A DNA stretch of 64,000 nucleotides, taken from contig NZ_SDZL01000002.1 of NCBI RefSeq assembly GCF_004210735.1, positions 16,443 through 80,442 of the forward strand. The letters are read 5' to 3'. Below the pieces are notes generated by a model. It saw nothing but the letters and a program-made list of their open reading frames with translations. It had not been told where the DNA came from and did not search any database. Position numbers and translations under genes: made by a program. Every line of letters starts with the position of its first letter. Position 1 is the stretch's first letter. This document shows, piece by piece, positions 18,712-26,940 of this stretch. This stretch comes from Brevundimonas sp. (GTDB lineage Bacteria; Pseudomonadota; Alphaproteobacteria; Caulobacterales; Caulobacteraceae).

Positions 18712-18800
18712 AAAAAAAACCGCGCCCGAGGGCGCGGTATGAAAGTCTATAGGGAGGAAACGCCCAGGAAGGGCAAGACGCCCGGAGGCGTCGAAGATCA
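18712..18800 (-). ncRNA. candidate trans-acting sRNA or 3'-UTR-derived RNA; 5' end not defined
   Basis: Minus strand reads: hairpin GACGCCUCCGGGCGUC; a single-stranded CU-rich stretch (CCCUUCCU, UUCCUCCCU); then terminator CCGCGCCCUCGGGCGCGG plus U8. The surrounding 245-nt gap is AT-richer and non-coding. Confidence 0.35.
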
Positions 18801-18947
18801 AGCTACGTTGCAGCGCACAAAATTTCAAGCGCTGATTTTCGACCCGCGATCACAGGCTGTTACGGAAATCCTGACTCTCGACACGGAAATGTAACCGCTT
18901 CCAGCGCACGATCCATTCGCATCCGCAACTATTCCTGCTGCAAGCGC

Positions 18948-19634
18948 TCAGTTCTGGTCCAGCAAGCGCCGCGACGCCCGGATCGCCAGCGCCGCCGGCG
19001 AGGCCATCTGCCGCCAGATCAGCAGGGCGAAGGCGGACACCACCCCCACCGCCAGCCAGACCGGTCCGAACAGCCAGCCCGCCGCCGCCAGGGCGAAATA
19101 ATAGCCCCGCACCCCCTGGCTGAATCCGCTCAGCGCCGGATTCAGCACCTGGGCCACGGCCGAGCCATAGGCCATGCGGTCCGCCTCGACGTGGATTTCC
19201 GGCGCCGCGCCGATCAGGGCCAGGGTGTAGTTCATCTGGCGCAGCGACCAGATGAAATCCAGGAACCCCCGCGCCAGACACAGCAGCACCAGCGCCAGTT
19301 TCCCTTCCAGCAGCTTCATCGACACCTCTTCGGCGCCCAGGGCGGCGAACCCTTTCAACGCCGTGTCCCCGCCGAACAGGATCCCGGCGACGGCGGCGAT
19401 CAGCAGCAGGTTGGTCGAGGCGAAGAACGAGGCCGAATTGATCGAATGGCCCATCAGCTGGCTGTCGATCAGCCGCACCTCGCGATGGGTCATAGCCCGC
19501 ATCCAGGAATCGCGCACGATGGTCATGTCCGCGTTCAGCGAGCCGCCACGCCGCGCGATCAGGCCCAGAAGCGGCCCGTAACCCAGCCAGCACAGAATGA
19601 AGAGGCCCAGCGCGGCCCAGTCCATGATCGTCAT
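18948..19634 (-). CDS. DUF599 family membrane protein
   Basis: 228 aa polytopic membrane protein with a DUF599-like N-terminus ([15 protein letters not shown]). Confidence 0.7.
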   Translation of the reverse strand: MTIMDWAALGLFILCWLGYGPLLGLIARRGGSLNADMTIVRDSWMRAMTHREVRLIDSQLMGHSINSASFFASTNLLLIAAVAGILFGGDTALKGFAALGAEEVSMKLLEGKLALVLLCLARGFLDFIWSLRQMNYTLALIGAAPEIHVEADRMAYGSAVAQVLNPALSGFSQGVRGYYFALAAAGWLFGPVWLAVGVVSAFALLIWRQMASPAALAIRASRRLLDQN

Positions 19635-19744
19635 GGCGACCCAGTGTCGCCATCAATGCGGCCGAGGCAAGTCCCGCTTGCCTGAAACCGGCGAGACGCC
19701 TATCACCGCGCCCTCCCCGTTTCGCAGTGCACAACGAGCGCATC

Positions 19745-20299
19745 ATGAACCTCGACGCCATTCCGGTCGGCCCGAACGCACCCTGGGACGTCAACGTCGT
19801 CATCGAGATCCCGCAGGGCGGCCTGCCGGTGAAGTATGAGATGGACAAGGCGTCGGGCGCCCTGTTCGTCGACCGCTTCCTGCACACCGCCATGTACTAT
19901 CCCGGCAACTACGGCTTTATCCCGCACACCCTGTCGGACGACGGCGATCCCTGCGACGTGATCGTGCTAAACCCGACGCCGGTGGTTCCGGGCTGCGTCA
20001 TCCGCTCGCGCCCGATCGGCGTGCTGATGATGACCGACGAGGCCGGCGGCGACGAAAAGATCCTGGCCGTGCCGGTCGACAAGCTGAACCCCTATTACAC
20101 CGACGTGGCCAGCTATCGTCAGCTGCCCGCCATCCTGATCGAGCAGATCGAGCATTTCTTCACCCGCTACAAGGATCTGGAGAAGGGCAAGTCGGTCACG
20201 GTCAAGGGCTGGGGCGACGCCGGCGAAGCCGCCGAACTGATCGCCGCCGGTATGCGCGCCCACCAGGCCAAGCTGGCCAAGGCCGCCGAAGCCGCCTGA
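19745..20299 (+). CDS. ppa: inorganic pyrophosphatase
   Basis: Family I PPase sequence ([31 protein letters not shown]). Start placed at MNLDAIP rather than the upstream ATG 19727. Confidence 0.93.
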   Translation: MNLDAIPVGPNAPWDVNVVIEIPQGGLPVKYEMDKASGALFVDRFLHTAMYYPGNYGFIPHTLSDDGDPCDVIVLNPTPVVPGCVIRSRPIGVLMMTDEAGGDEKILAVPVDKLNPYYTDVASYRQLPAILIEQIEHFFTRYKDLEKGKSVTVKGWGDAGEAAELIAAGMRAHQAKLAKAAEAA

Positions 20300-20320
20300 T
20301 CCGGCCGACTCGATGAAATT

Positions 20321-20353
20321 AAGGGCGGCCTCCGTGCGGAGGCCGCCCTTTTT
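20321..20353 (+). terminator. rho-independent terminator after ppa
   Basis: 13-bp stem AAGGGCGGCCTCC / GGAGGCCGCCCTT with loop GTGC, followed by TTT. Confidence 0.75.
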
Positions 20354-20421
20354 CATGCCCGGCGCCCAGGCGCGGCCACTTGGCCCTTTTCCCCGCCGTC
20401 CGGTCCGCTATGTGTCCCTGC

Positions 20422-22296
20422 ATGGCCGCCAGCGAGACCCCCGCCGAAATCTTCAAGCGCGCCCTGGCCCATGCCGCGCGCGCCCTGGCCGAGTCGGACG
20501 AGCTGGAGGTCCAGTTCGGCTCTGACGGGCCGCGCCTGTCGAACCACGTCCTGACCCTGCCCCACCCGCCGCGCGATCCGGCGGCGCCCGAAGGCGCGGC
20601 CCTGCGCGGTCAGGCGGACCGGTTGGCGCTGCGGCTGGCCAATCACGACGACCGGCTGGATGCCCGCTTGCGCCCCGCCGACACCCGCGCGGCCGAGGTT
20701 TATGACGCCGCCGAACAGGCCCGGGTCGAGGCCTGGGGCTCGCAGGCCCTGGCGGGCGTGCGCCAGAACCTGGACGCCGCCCTGCTGACCAGGCTGGAAA
20801 AGACCGGCGCCCTGCGCGCCGAGGCCGAACGCGTGCCCCTGGCCGAGGCCGTCGGCCTGCTGGTGCGCGAGCGGATCAGCGGCCGCAAGGCGCCCGACGG
20901 CGCCGGCTCGATGCTGGACCTCGTCCGCGCCGAGCTTGAGGGCAAGGCCGGCGCCCCGCTGGACGCCTTGGCCGCCGTGGCTGGCGATCAGGCCGCCTTC
21001 GCCGCCCGCTTCCGCGACGTGCTGGGCGCGCTGGACCTGGATCCCGGCGACGGGCGCGGCGACGACGCCAATGACGAACCGGGCGAGGACGAACCCGACC
21101 CCACCGAACCCGACGCCCCGGAAGAGGACCAGGACGAGGATCAGGACGGCGGCGAGGGCGGCCAGTCCATGGACGGTGCCACCGACGACCAGACCGCCGA
21201 ACAGGAGCGCGAACGCCGCCCCGACGGCTCGCCGGTCGAACAGGACGGCGACGCCTCCGACGACGGCCCCGAAATGGAGGAAGGCGCCCAGCCCAACCGC
21301 CAGCAGACCCAGGACGACGGCCGCGCGGTCGACGCCTACCGCGTCTTCACCACCGCCTTTGACGAGGTGATCGACGCCGCCGACCTGTGCGATCCGGCCG
21401 AGCTGGACCGCCTGCGCGCCCTGCTGGACCAGCAGCTGGTTCAGCTGTCCAGCGTCGTCTCGCGCCTGGCCAACAAGCTGCAGCGCCGCCTTCTGGCCCA
21501 GCAGAACCGCAGCTGGATGTTCGACCTCGAAGAGGGGATGCTGGACACCGCCCGGCTGACCCGGATCATCACCGATCCGACCGCCCCCCTGTCGTTCAAG
21601 GCCGAGAGCGAAAGCCCGTTCCGCGACACGGTCGTGACCCTGTTGCTGGACAACTCCGGCTCCATGCGCGGGCGGCCGATCATGGTCGCGGCGGTCTGCG
21701 CCGACATCCTGGCCCGAACTCTGGAAAGGTGCGGCGTCAAGGTCGAGATCCTGGGCTTCACCACCCGCGCCTGGAAGGGCGGCCAGTCGCGCGAGGCGTG
21801 GATCAGCGCGGGTAAACCCGCCAATCCCGGCCGCCTGAACGACCTGCGCCACATCATCTACAAGGCCGCCGACGCGCCTTGGCGCCGGGCCAAGAAGAAC
21901 CTCGGCCTGATGATGCGCGAGGGCCTTCTGAAAGAGAATATCGACGGCGAGGCCCTGACCTGGGCCTATGACCGGCTGCGTGGCCGCAGCGAGGCGCGGC
22001 GCATCCTGATGGTCATTTCCGACGGCTCGCCCGTTGATGACTCGACCCAGTCGGCCAACGCCGCCCTGTATCTGGACAAGCATCTGCGTCAGGTCATCGC
22101 CCGGATCGAGGACAATTCCGGCGTCGAGCTCAGCGCCATCGGCATCGGCCACGACGTGACCCGCTGGTATCGCCGCGCCGTCACCATCGTCGATGTCGAG
22201 CAACTGGCCGGCGTCATGGTCGAGCGGCTGGCCGAACTGTTTGACGCCGACGCCGCCTCGTCTCCGCCCGCGCGCCGCAAGCGCGCCGCCGCCTGA
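20422..22296 (+). CDS. cobT: cobaltochelatase subunit CobT (vWA domain protein)
   Basis: CobT-like N-terminus, central acidic D/E-rich tract, C-terminal vWA domain ([13 protein letters not shown]). Start could be ATG 20380 or 20422. Confidence 0.85.
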   Translation: MAASETPAEIFKRALAHAARALAESDELEVQFGSDGPRLSNHVLTLPHPPRDPAAPEGAALRGQADRLALRLANHDDRLDARLRPADTRAAEVYDAAEQARVEAWGSQALAGVRQNLDAALLTRLEKTGALRAEAERVPLAEAVGLLVRERISGRKAPDGAGSMLDLVRAELEGKAGAPLDALAAVAGDQAAFAARFRDVLGALDLDPGDGRGDDANDEPGEDEPDPTEPDAPEEDQDEDQDGGEGGQSMDGATDDQTAEQERERRPDGSPVEQDGDASDDGPEMEEGAQPNRQQTQDDGRAVDAYRVFTTAFDEVIDAADLCDPAELDRLRALLDQQLVQLSSVVSRLANKLQRRLLAQQNRSWMFDLEEGMLDTARLTRIITDPTAPLSFKAESESPFRDTVVTLLLDNSGSMRGRPIMVAAVCADILARTLERCGVKVEILGFTTRAWKGGQSREAWISAGKPANPGRLNDLRHIIYKAADAPWRRAKKNLGLMMREGLLKENIDGEALTWAYDRLRGRSEARRILMVISDGSPVDDSTQSANAALYLDKHLRQVIARIEDNSGVELSAIGIGHDVTRWYRRAVTIVDVEQLAGVMVERLAELFDADAASSPPARRKRAAA

Positions 22297-22310
22297 GCCA
22301 TAAGCCCGCC

Positions 22311-23285
22311 ATGACCCTGCGCCGCCTGCTGACCGCCCTGCTGACCCTGTCCTTGGCCGCCTGCGCCGGCGCCGGCCGCGTCTCCGAAACCTGGGCCCCG
22401 CGCGACGCCACCGGCTGGACGGCGGTCGGCGTCTCGACCCGCGCCGTGGGGCTGGGCCTGCCCGGCGGCGCGGTCCTGGCGCCCGGCGTTCGCTTCGCCG
22501 GCGGGCTGAATGTGGTGGTCGAGCCGACTTCCCCCTTCCGCAGCCTGTCGGACCTGAAACTGACCGGGAGCGACGGCTTCGTCACCGTCTCGGACACCGG
22601 CGACCTGGCGCTGGCGGCCCTGCGGCTGGACCGCAGCGGCCGGCTGGTCGGGCTGGACAATCCGCGCATCCGCCGCCTGACCGGAATGGACGGCCTGCCC
22701 ATCACCGACAAGGTCCAGGGCGACGCCGAAGGCCTGATCCTGACCCCGACCGGCGACCTGCTGGTCAGTTTCGAGCGCGACCATCGCATCTGGACCTATG
22801 GCCCGCTGGCCGCCCTGACGACGCCGCGCCCCGTCGCCTCGCCCGACTACGCCTTCGCCCTCAATGACGGGATGGAGGGTATCGCGGCCGCGCCCGGCGG
22901 CTGGCGCGTGACCGGCGAGTCCGGCGGCGTCTGGGACTGCGCGCCTGCGGGCGGCTGCCTGACCGTCGTCGCCCCACCCGAGCCCCTGCTGCAAGACGGC
23001 GATTACCGCATCACCGGCATGGACCGCGACCCGGCGGGCGACGGCTGGTTCGTGGTCCAGCGCCGCTACACCCCACCCATCGACGCCCGCGCCCGCGTCC
23101 GCCGCATGGCCCCCGACGGCGCGCTGGGTCCCGTCCTGATCGAGCTGAAACTGCCGGGCACGACGGATAATTTCGAAGGCGTCGCCGCCGAAACCCGCGC
23201 GGGCAGAACGCGCCTCTACATCCTGTCCGACGACAATTTCAGCCCGGCCCAAAGGACGCTGCTGCTGGCGTTCGATCTGTACTGA
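22311..23285 (+). CDS. esterase-like activity of phytase family lipoprotein
   Basis: 324 aa; lipobox LSLAAC; family-typical C-terminus (NFEGVAAE, LYILSDDNFSPAQRTLLLAF). Confidence 0.7.
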   Translation: MTLRRLLTALLTLSLAACAGAGRVSETWAPRDATGWTAVGVSTRAVGLGLPGGAVLAPGVRFAGGLNVVVEPTSPFRSLSDLKLTGSDGFVTVSDTGDLALAALRLDRSGRLVGLDNPRIRRLTGMDGLPITDKVQGDAEGLILTPTGDLLVSFERDHRIWTYGPLAALTTPRPVASPDYAFALNDGMEGIAAAPGGWRVTGESGGVWDCAPAGGCLTVVAPPEPLLQDGDYRITGMDRDPAGDGWFVVQRRYTPPIDARARVRRMAPDGALGPVLIELKLPGTTDNFEGVAAETRAGRTRLYILSDDNFSPAQRTLLLAFDLY

Positions 23286-23289
23286 AACT

Positions 23290-23435
23290 CTCCCTCCCCG
23301 TCCCGGGGAGGGTGGCTGAGGCCGCAGGCCGAAGCCGGGTGGGGGCGGCAGGGCTGAGCATCCGCCGCGCCCGATATCGCCTGGCCCTCCCCACCCGGTC
23401 GCTTCGCGACCACCCTCCCCATGAAGGGGAGGGAG
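23290..23435. repeat. nested-palindrome REP/MITE-like intergenic element, copy 1
   Basis: 26-nt terminal arms CTCCCTCCCCGTCCCGGGGAGGGTGG and CCACCCTCCCCATGAAGGGGAGGGAG are inverted repeats, about 22 of 26 positions matching by hand alignment. Each arm is itself a hairpin. Inner inverted repeat CCGGGTGGGG / CCCCACCCGG. Confidence 0.7.
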
Positions 23436-23444
23436 AACCTGAGC

Positions 23445-24023
23445 CTAAACCCGCTCGCTGATCTTGATCGCGGCCCGGCAGCCCAGCTTGATGACCCCGC
23501 TCAGCAGCCGATAGGCCGGCGCCTCGCGGCTGCCGTGGGCGATGGCGTGGTCGTGGTGGGCCAGTTCTTCCTCGCGGAATTTCGTCAGTTCGGCGGCCAG
23601 TTCGGGATCGCGCTCGCGCACCTCCTCGATCTGGTCGGCATAGTGTTCCTCGATCACGCTCTCGACCGCCTCGGTGCAGGCGTGGGCCGCCTTCTCGCCG
23701 ATCAGGGCTGTCCCCGCGCCCAGGGCCGTGGCCGCCAGCTTCCACAGCGGGATCATCGCCGTCGGCCGCACCCGGTGCTGGTTCAGCAGCGCCTCGAACC
23801 GCGCCAGATGCACCGCCTCGTGCCCCTCCATCTCGGTCAGGTCGCCGGCGATCTTCTCCTTGCCCTGACGCCCCTCCAGCACCGCGCGCTGGGCGCGATA
23901 GATGTGGACGGCCGCGAACTCGCCCGCATGATCGACCCGCAGCATCTCGGCCAGGCGCGCACGGCCCTGCCCGACGCCGGGGCGTGGCAGGGGGATGCGG
24001 CGAGCGTCAGTTGCGGGGGGCAC
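23445..24023 (-). CDS. coq7: demethoxyubiquinone hydroxylase (COQ7 family di-iron)
   Basis: 192 aa with LRVDHAGEFAAVHIYRAQ and EEELAHHD di-iron motifs. Confidence 0.9.
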   Translation of the reverse strand: MPPATDARRIPLPRPGVGQGRARLAEMLRVDHAGEFAAVHIYRAQRAVLEGRQGKEKIAGDLTEMEGHEAVHLARFEALLNQHRVRPTAMIPLWKLAATALGAGTALIGEKAAHACTEAVESVIEEHYADQIEEVRERDPELAAELTKFREEELAHHDHAIAHGSREAPAYRLLSGVIKLGCRAAIKISERV

Positions 24024-24546
24024 GGGCGTCCTTGGGGCGTTTGGCGGCGAGCAGGCTGAACACGGCCAATGCCGCGGCGATCAGGGCGTTCCATCCTGCC
24101 ATCGAAAGCCCCAGGAAGCGCCACGTCACCGCGTCGCACATGGCCACGCGCGGCGCCGGACCCGTGCCCAGCGCCAGCGACGTCAGGCTGTTCAGGTCGA
24201 AATCACCCGGCGCGGCCCCGGCGCAGGTCGCCGGCAGCTCCCACCACTTCATCTCGCCGCCCATGTGGAAGACGGCGGTGATCGCGCCCGTGGCGAAGAC
24301 GGCGGCCAGCAGGAAGGAGGCGATGCGCGGCGTGCCCCGGCTGGCGCGGCTGAACACGGCCCAGAAGGTCGCGGCCCCGGCGATGGCGACGGCGGCCCAG
24401 TACACCTCGCGCTGCTTGAGGCACAGATTGCACGGGCTCAGGCCCGCAAACCGCTCGAACGCGTGCGCGGCCCCCAGCAGGGCCAGCGAGGCCGCCAGGG
24501 CGTAGGCGGTCCACCACCGCGTCAGGACTCGATACAGACCGATCAT
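24007..24546 (-). CDS. dsbB: disulfide bond formation protein B family
   Basis: 179 aa four-TM protein with the LSPCNLCLKQREVYW motif; 3' end overlaps the coq7 start. Confidence 0.8.
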   Translation of the reverse strand: MIGLYRVLTRWWTAYALAASLALLGAAHAFERFAGLSPCNLCLKQREVYWAAVAIAGAATFWAVFSRASRGTPRIASFLLAAVFATGAITAVFHMGGEMKWWELPATCAGAAPGDFDLNSLTSLALGTGPAPRVAMCDAVTWRFLGLSMAGWNALIAAALAVFSLLAAKRPKDARAPRN

Positions 24547-24581
24547 CGCCCCTTCTTAACCTTGGCCGGGCCGCCCGTCGA

Positions 24582-25157
24582 CTACAGCAGCTTGATCGCG
24601 AAGAAGGCCCCGATCAGCACCGCCAGCCCCAGCACCGTGAACAGCGCCAGCCGCTTCTCGACGATCTCCAGCATCGGCGGCCCCCAGCGCTTCAGCACGA
24701 ACGCGACCAGGAAGAACCGCCCCGCCCGCGTGATCACGCACAGGGCGATGAACAGCGCCAGGTTGAACTGGAAAATTCCCGAGGCGATGGTGATCAGCTT
24801 GAACGGGATCGGGGTCAGCCCCTTGATCAGGATCACCCACGCCCCGTGCTGCTGGAACAGCGCCTTGGACGTCTCGAACGTGTCCGCCTTGCCCAGGAAG
24901 GCCAGGATCGACATCCCGACCGGCTCCAGAAAATAACCGATGGCGTACCCCAGCAGCCCGCCCAGCACCGAAGCGACGGTGCAGACCATCGCATAGAAAT
25001 AGGCCCGGTCAGGCCGCGCCAGCACCATGGGCGCCAGCATCACGTCCGGCGGAATCGGGAAGAACGAGCTTTCGGCGAACGAGACGACGGCCAGCGAGCG
25101 CGTCGCATGACGGTGGCGGGCCAGCGAAAAGACCCAGTCATAGAGCTTGCGCAGCAT
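24582..25157 (-). CDS. YqaA family (DedA-superfamily) membrane protein
   Basis: 191 aa; ESSFFPIPPDVML motif. Confidence 0.75.
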   Translation of the reverse strand: MLRKLYDWVFSLARHRHATRSLAVVSFAESSFFPIPPDVMLAPMVLARPDRAYFYAMVCTVASVLGGLLGYAIGYFLEPVGMSILAFLGKADTFETSKALFQQHGAWVILIKGLTPIPFKLITIASGIFQFNLALFIALCVITRAGRFFLVAFVLKRWGPPMLEIVEKRLALFTVLGLAVLIGAFFAIKLL

Positions 25158-25360
25158 TCAGGCGTCCCGGTTGATCCCATCGCCTCTAGCAGGGCCTTGG
25201 CCGTTGCGCATCGGGCTTCGCGCCGGATGCGACATCGGGGGCGTTCGACGACAATGCTGTGAACCGGCCGCCTGCGGGTTGGCGAAACGGCCTCGGGTGA
25301 CTAGGTTCCGCGCCAATCGGCGGCCCGGTCGCCTGCATAAACAATCTCAGGAGACGACCC

Positions 25361-26458
25361 ATGACCGACGTCCAGACCGACGCCGCCCGGATCGATCAGG
25401 AAAACCCCCTCGGCGTCGACGGCTTCGAGTTCGTCGAATTCACCGGCCCCGAGCCCGAGGCCATGGTCGCCCGGCTGGAGCTGATGGGCTTCACCCGGAC
25501 CCACGTGAACCCGCTGACCGGCGCGGTGCGCCTGAAACAGGGCGACATCACCATGCTGGTGAACCGCACGCCGTCGGGTCAGGCCGCCGATTTCGCCCGC
25601 GACCACGGCCCGTCGGCCAACGGCATGGCCTTCCGCGTCGCCGACGCGAAATCCGCGTATGAGGGCGCCCTGGCGCGTGGCGCGGTCAAGGCCGATGGCG
25701 TCAACGGCGGCGCTCTGGGGAACGACTATCCCTACATCCTGCAGGGCATCGGCGGTTCGCTGCTGTACGTCATCGACCAGTACGGCGAGCACGGCTCCCT
25801 CTACGACGCCTGGGACGAAATCGAGGGTTGGGAAGAGGCCGAGCGCAAGAACTCCATGGGCCTCGAGGTGCTGGACCACCTGACCCACAACGTCCGTCGC
25901 GGCCAGATGCGGACCTGGTCCGGCTTCTACAACTCGATCTTCAACTTCGAGGAACAGAAGTATTTCGACATCAAGGGCAAGGCGACCGGCCTGTTCTCGC
26001 AGGCGATGATCGCGCCCGACCGCGCCATCCGCATCCCCCTGAACGAGAGCCAGGACGACAACTCCCAGATCGAGGAATTCCTGCGTCGCTATAACGGCGA
26101 GGGCATCCAGCACATCGCCCTGACGACCGAGAACATCTTCGAGACCGTCGAGGCCATGAAGGCGCGCGGCGTCGACTTCCAGGACACGATCGAGACCTAT
26201 TTCGAACTGATCGACAAGCGTCTGCCCAACCACGGCGAGGACGTGGAGCGGATGCGCAAGAACCGCATCCTGATCGACGGCTCGGACGAGGAAGGCCTGC
26301 TGCTGCAGATCTTCACCCAGGACACCTTTGGTCCGATCTTCTTCGAGATCATCCAGCGCAAGGGCAACGAGGGCTTCGGCAACGGAAACTTCCAGGCCCT
26401 GTTCGATTCCATCGAGCTGGACCAGATCCGTCGCGGCGTCATCAAGGTCGACGCCTGA
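25361..26458 (+). CDS. hppD: 4-hydroxyphenylpyruvate dioxygenase
   Basis: 365 aa; AGGAGA RBS; HPPD sequence (GFEFVEF, DHLTHNV, GIQHIAL, IFFEIIQRKG...GFGNGNFQALFESIE-like C-terminus). Confidence 0.95.
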   Translation: MTDVQTDAARIDQENPLGVDGFEFVEFTGPEPEAMVARLELMGFTRTHVNPLTGAVRLKQGDITMLVNRTPSGQAADFARDHGPSANGMAFRVADAKSAYEGALARGAVKADGVNGGALGNDYPYILQGIGGSLLYVIDQYGEHGSLYDAWDEIEGWEEAERKNSMGLEVLDHLTHNVRRGQMRTWSGFYNSIFNFEEQKYFDIKGKATGLFSQAMIAPDRAIRIPLNESQDDNSQIEEFLRRYNGEGIQHIALTTENIFETVEAMKARGVDFQDTIETYFELIDKRLPNHGEDVERMRKNRILIDGSDEEGLLLQIFTQDTFGPIFFEIIQRKGNEGFGNGNFQALFDSIELDQIRRGVIKVDA

Positions 26459-26644
26459 ATGAAGATGCGGCCGCCGCACTGGCTGCCCTGGCTGGGCCCG
26501 GTCGTCGCGGCGCTGGTCGGGGCGGGCATCGGCGAATACGGCCTGGGGGGCGGTTTCTGGACCGTCCTCCTCGCCGCGCTGGTCTGCGGCTTTGCGCCCA
26601 TCGTCGCCTACCGCCTGTGGAAATGGTCTCACCACCGACGGTGA
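26459..26644 (+). CDS. hypothetical small membrane protein
   Basis: 61 aa with two hydrophobic segments; ATG directly follows the hppD TGA; no family recognised. Confidence 0.4.
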   Translation: MKMRPPHWLPWLGPVVAALVGAGIGEYGLGGGFWTVLLAALVCGFAPIVAYRLWKWSHHRR

Positions 26645-26652
26645 CCCATCGT

Positions 26653-26802
26653 CCTTCTCCCCTCGGGGGAGAAGGTGGCTTGCGGAGCAAGACGGATGAG
26701 GGGGCCGCCAGCTTCAGGCTCGACTCCTACCCGTCTGCCCGCTGACAGAGCCCCCTCATCCGAGCGGCTCCGCCGCCCACCTTCTCCCCCGAGGGGAGAA
26801 GG
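26653..26802. repeat. nested-palindrome REP/MITE-like intergenic element, copy 2
   Basis: Terminal arms CCTTCTCCCCTCGGGGGAGAAGGTGG (26653-26678) and CCACCTTCTCCCCCGAGGGGAGAAGG (26777-26802) are exact reverse complements. Inner inverted repeat GGATGAGGGGGC / GCCCCCTCATCC. Confidence 0.8.
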
Positions 26803-26940
26803 GCTAGGTCGCCCCCCACATCCGCCCCCGATTTCCGTCGCCAATTCAGCGCCCGTCCCCCTTCCCGACGCAATCGGGCTTACCCCCCGCGCGGCGCGGC
26901 TATAGTGTCGCCCCCTCACGCATCCGCAGGGGGACGCCAC

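Noticed and set aside
18740-18895. 51-codon plus-strand ORF MKVYREETPRKGKTPGG... in the hutG-like/DUF599 gap
   Set aside because: It has no convincing RBS, and its codon usage (AGG, AAA, TTT, CAA) is unlike the rest of the window. The region is better explained as non-coding RNA or UTR. I also looked for tmRNA features (tag frame ending in AA-stop, T-arm) and found none.
20422-22296. cobT without an adjacent cobS, considered as an orphan or novel AAA+/vWA pair
   Set aside because: The window boundaries and neighbouring genes (ppa, phytase-like) give no evidence either way. cobS may simply lie elsewhere, and the sequence shows nothing unusual.
26442-26940. Minus-strand ORFs 26442..26690 and 26629..26940, and plus-strand ORF 26675..26905, with PSPRGEG/PSPLGGEG-type peptides; likewise 23216..23422 and 23239..23745
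   Set aside because: They are read-throughs of the palindromic REP/MITE-like elements. The same repeat yields ORFs on both strands, which is typical of such artefacts.
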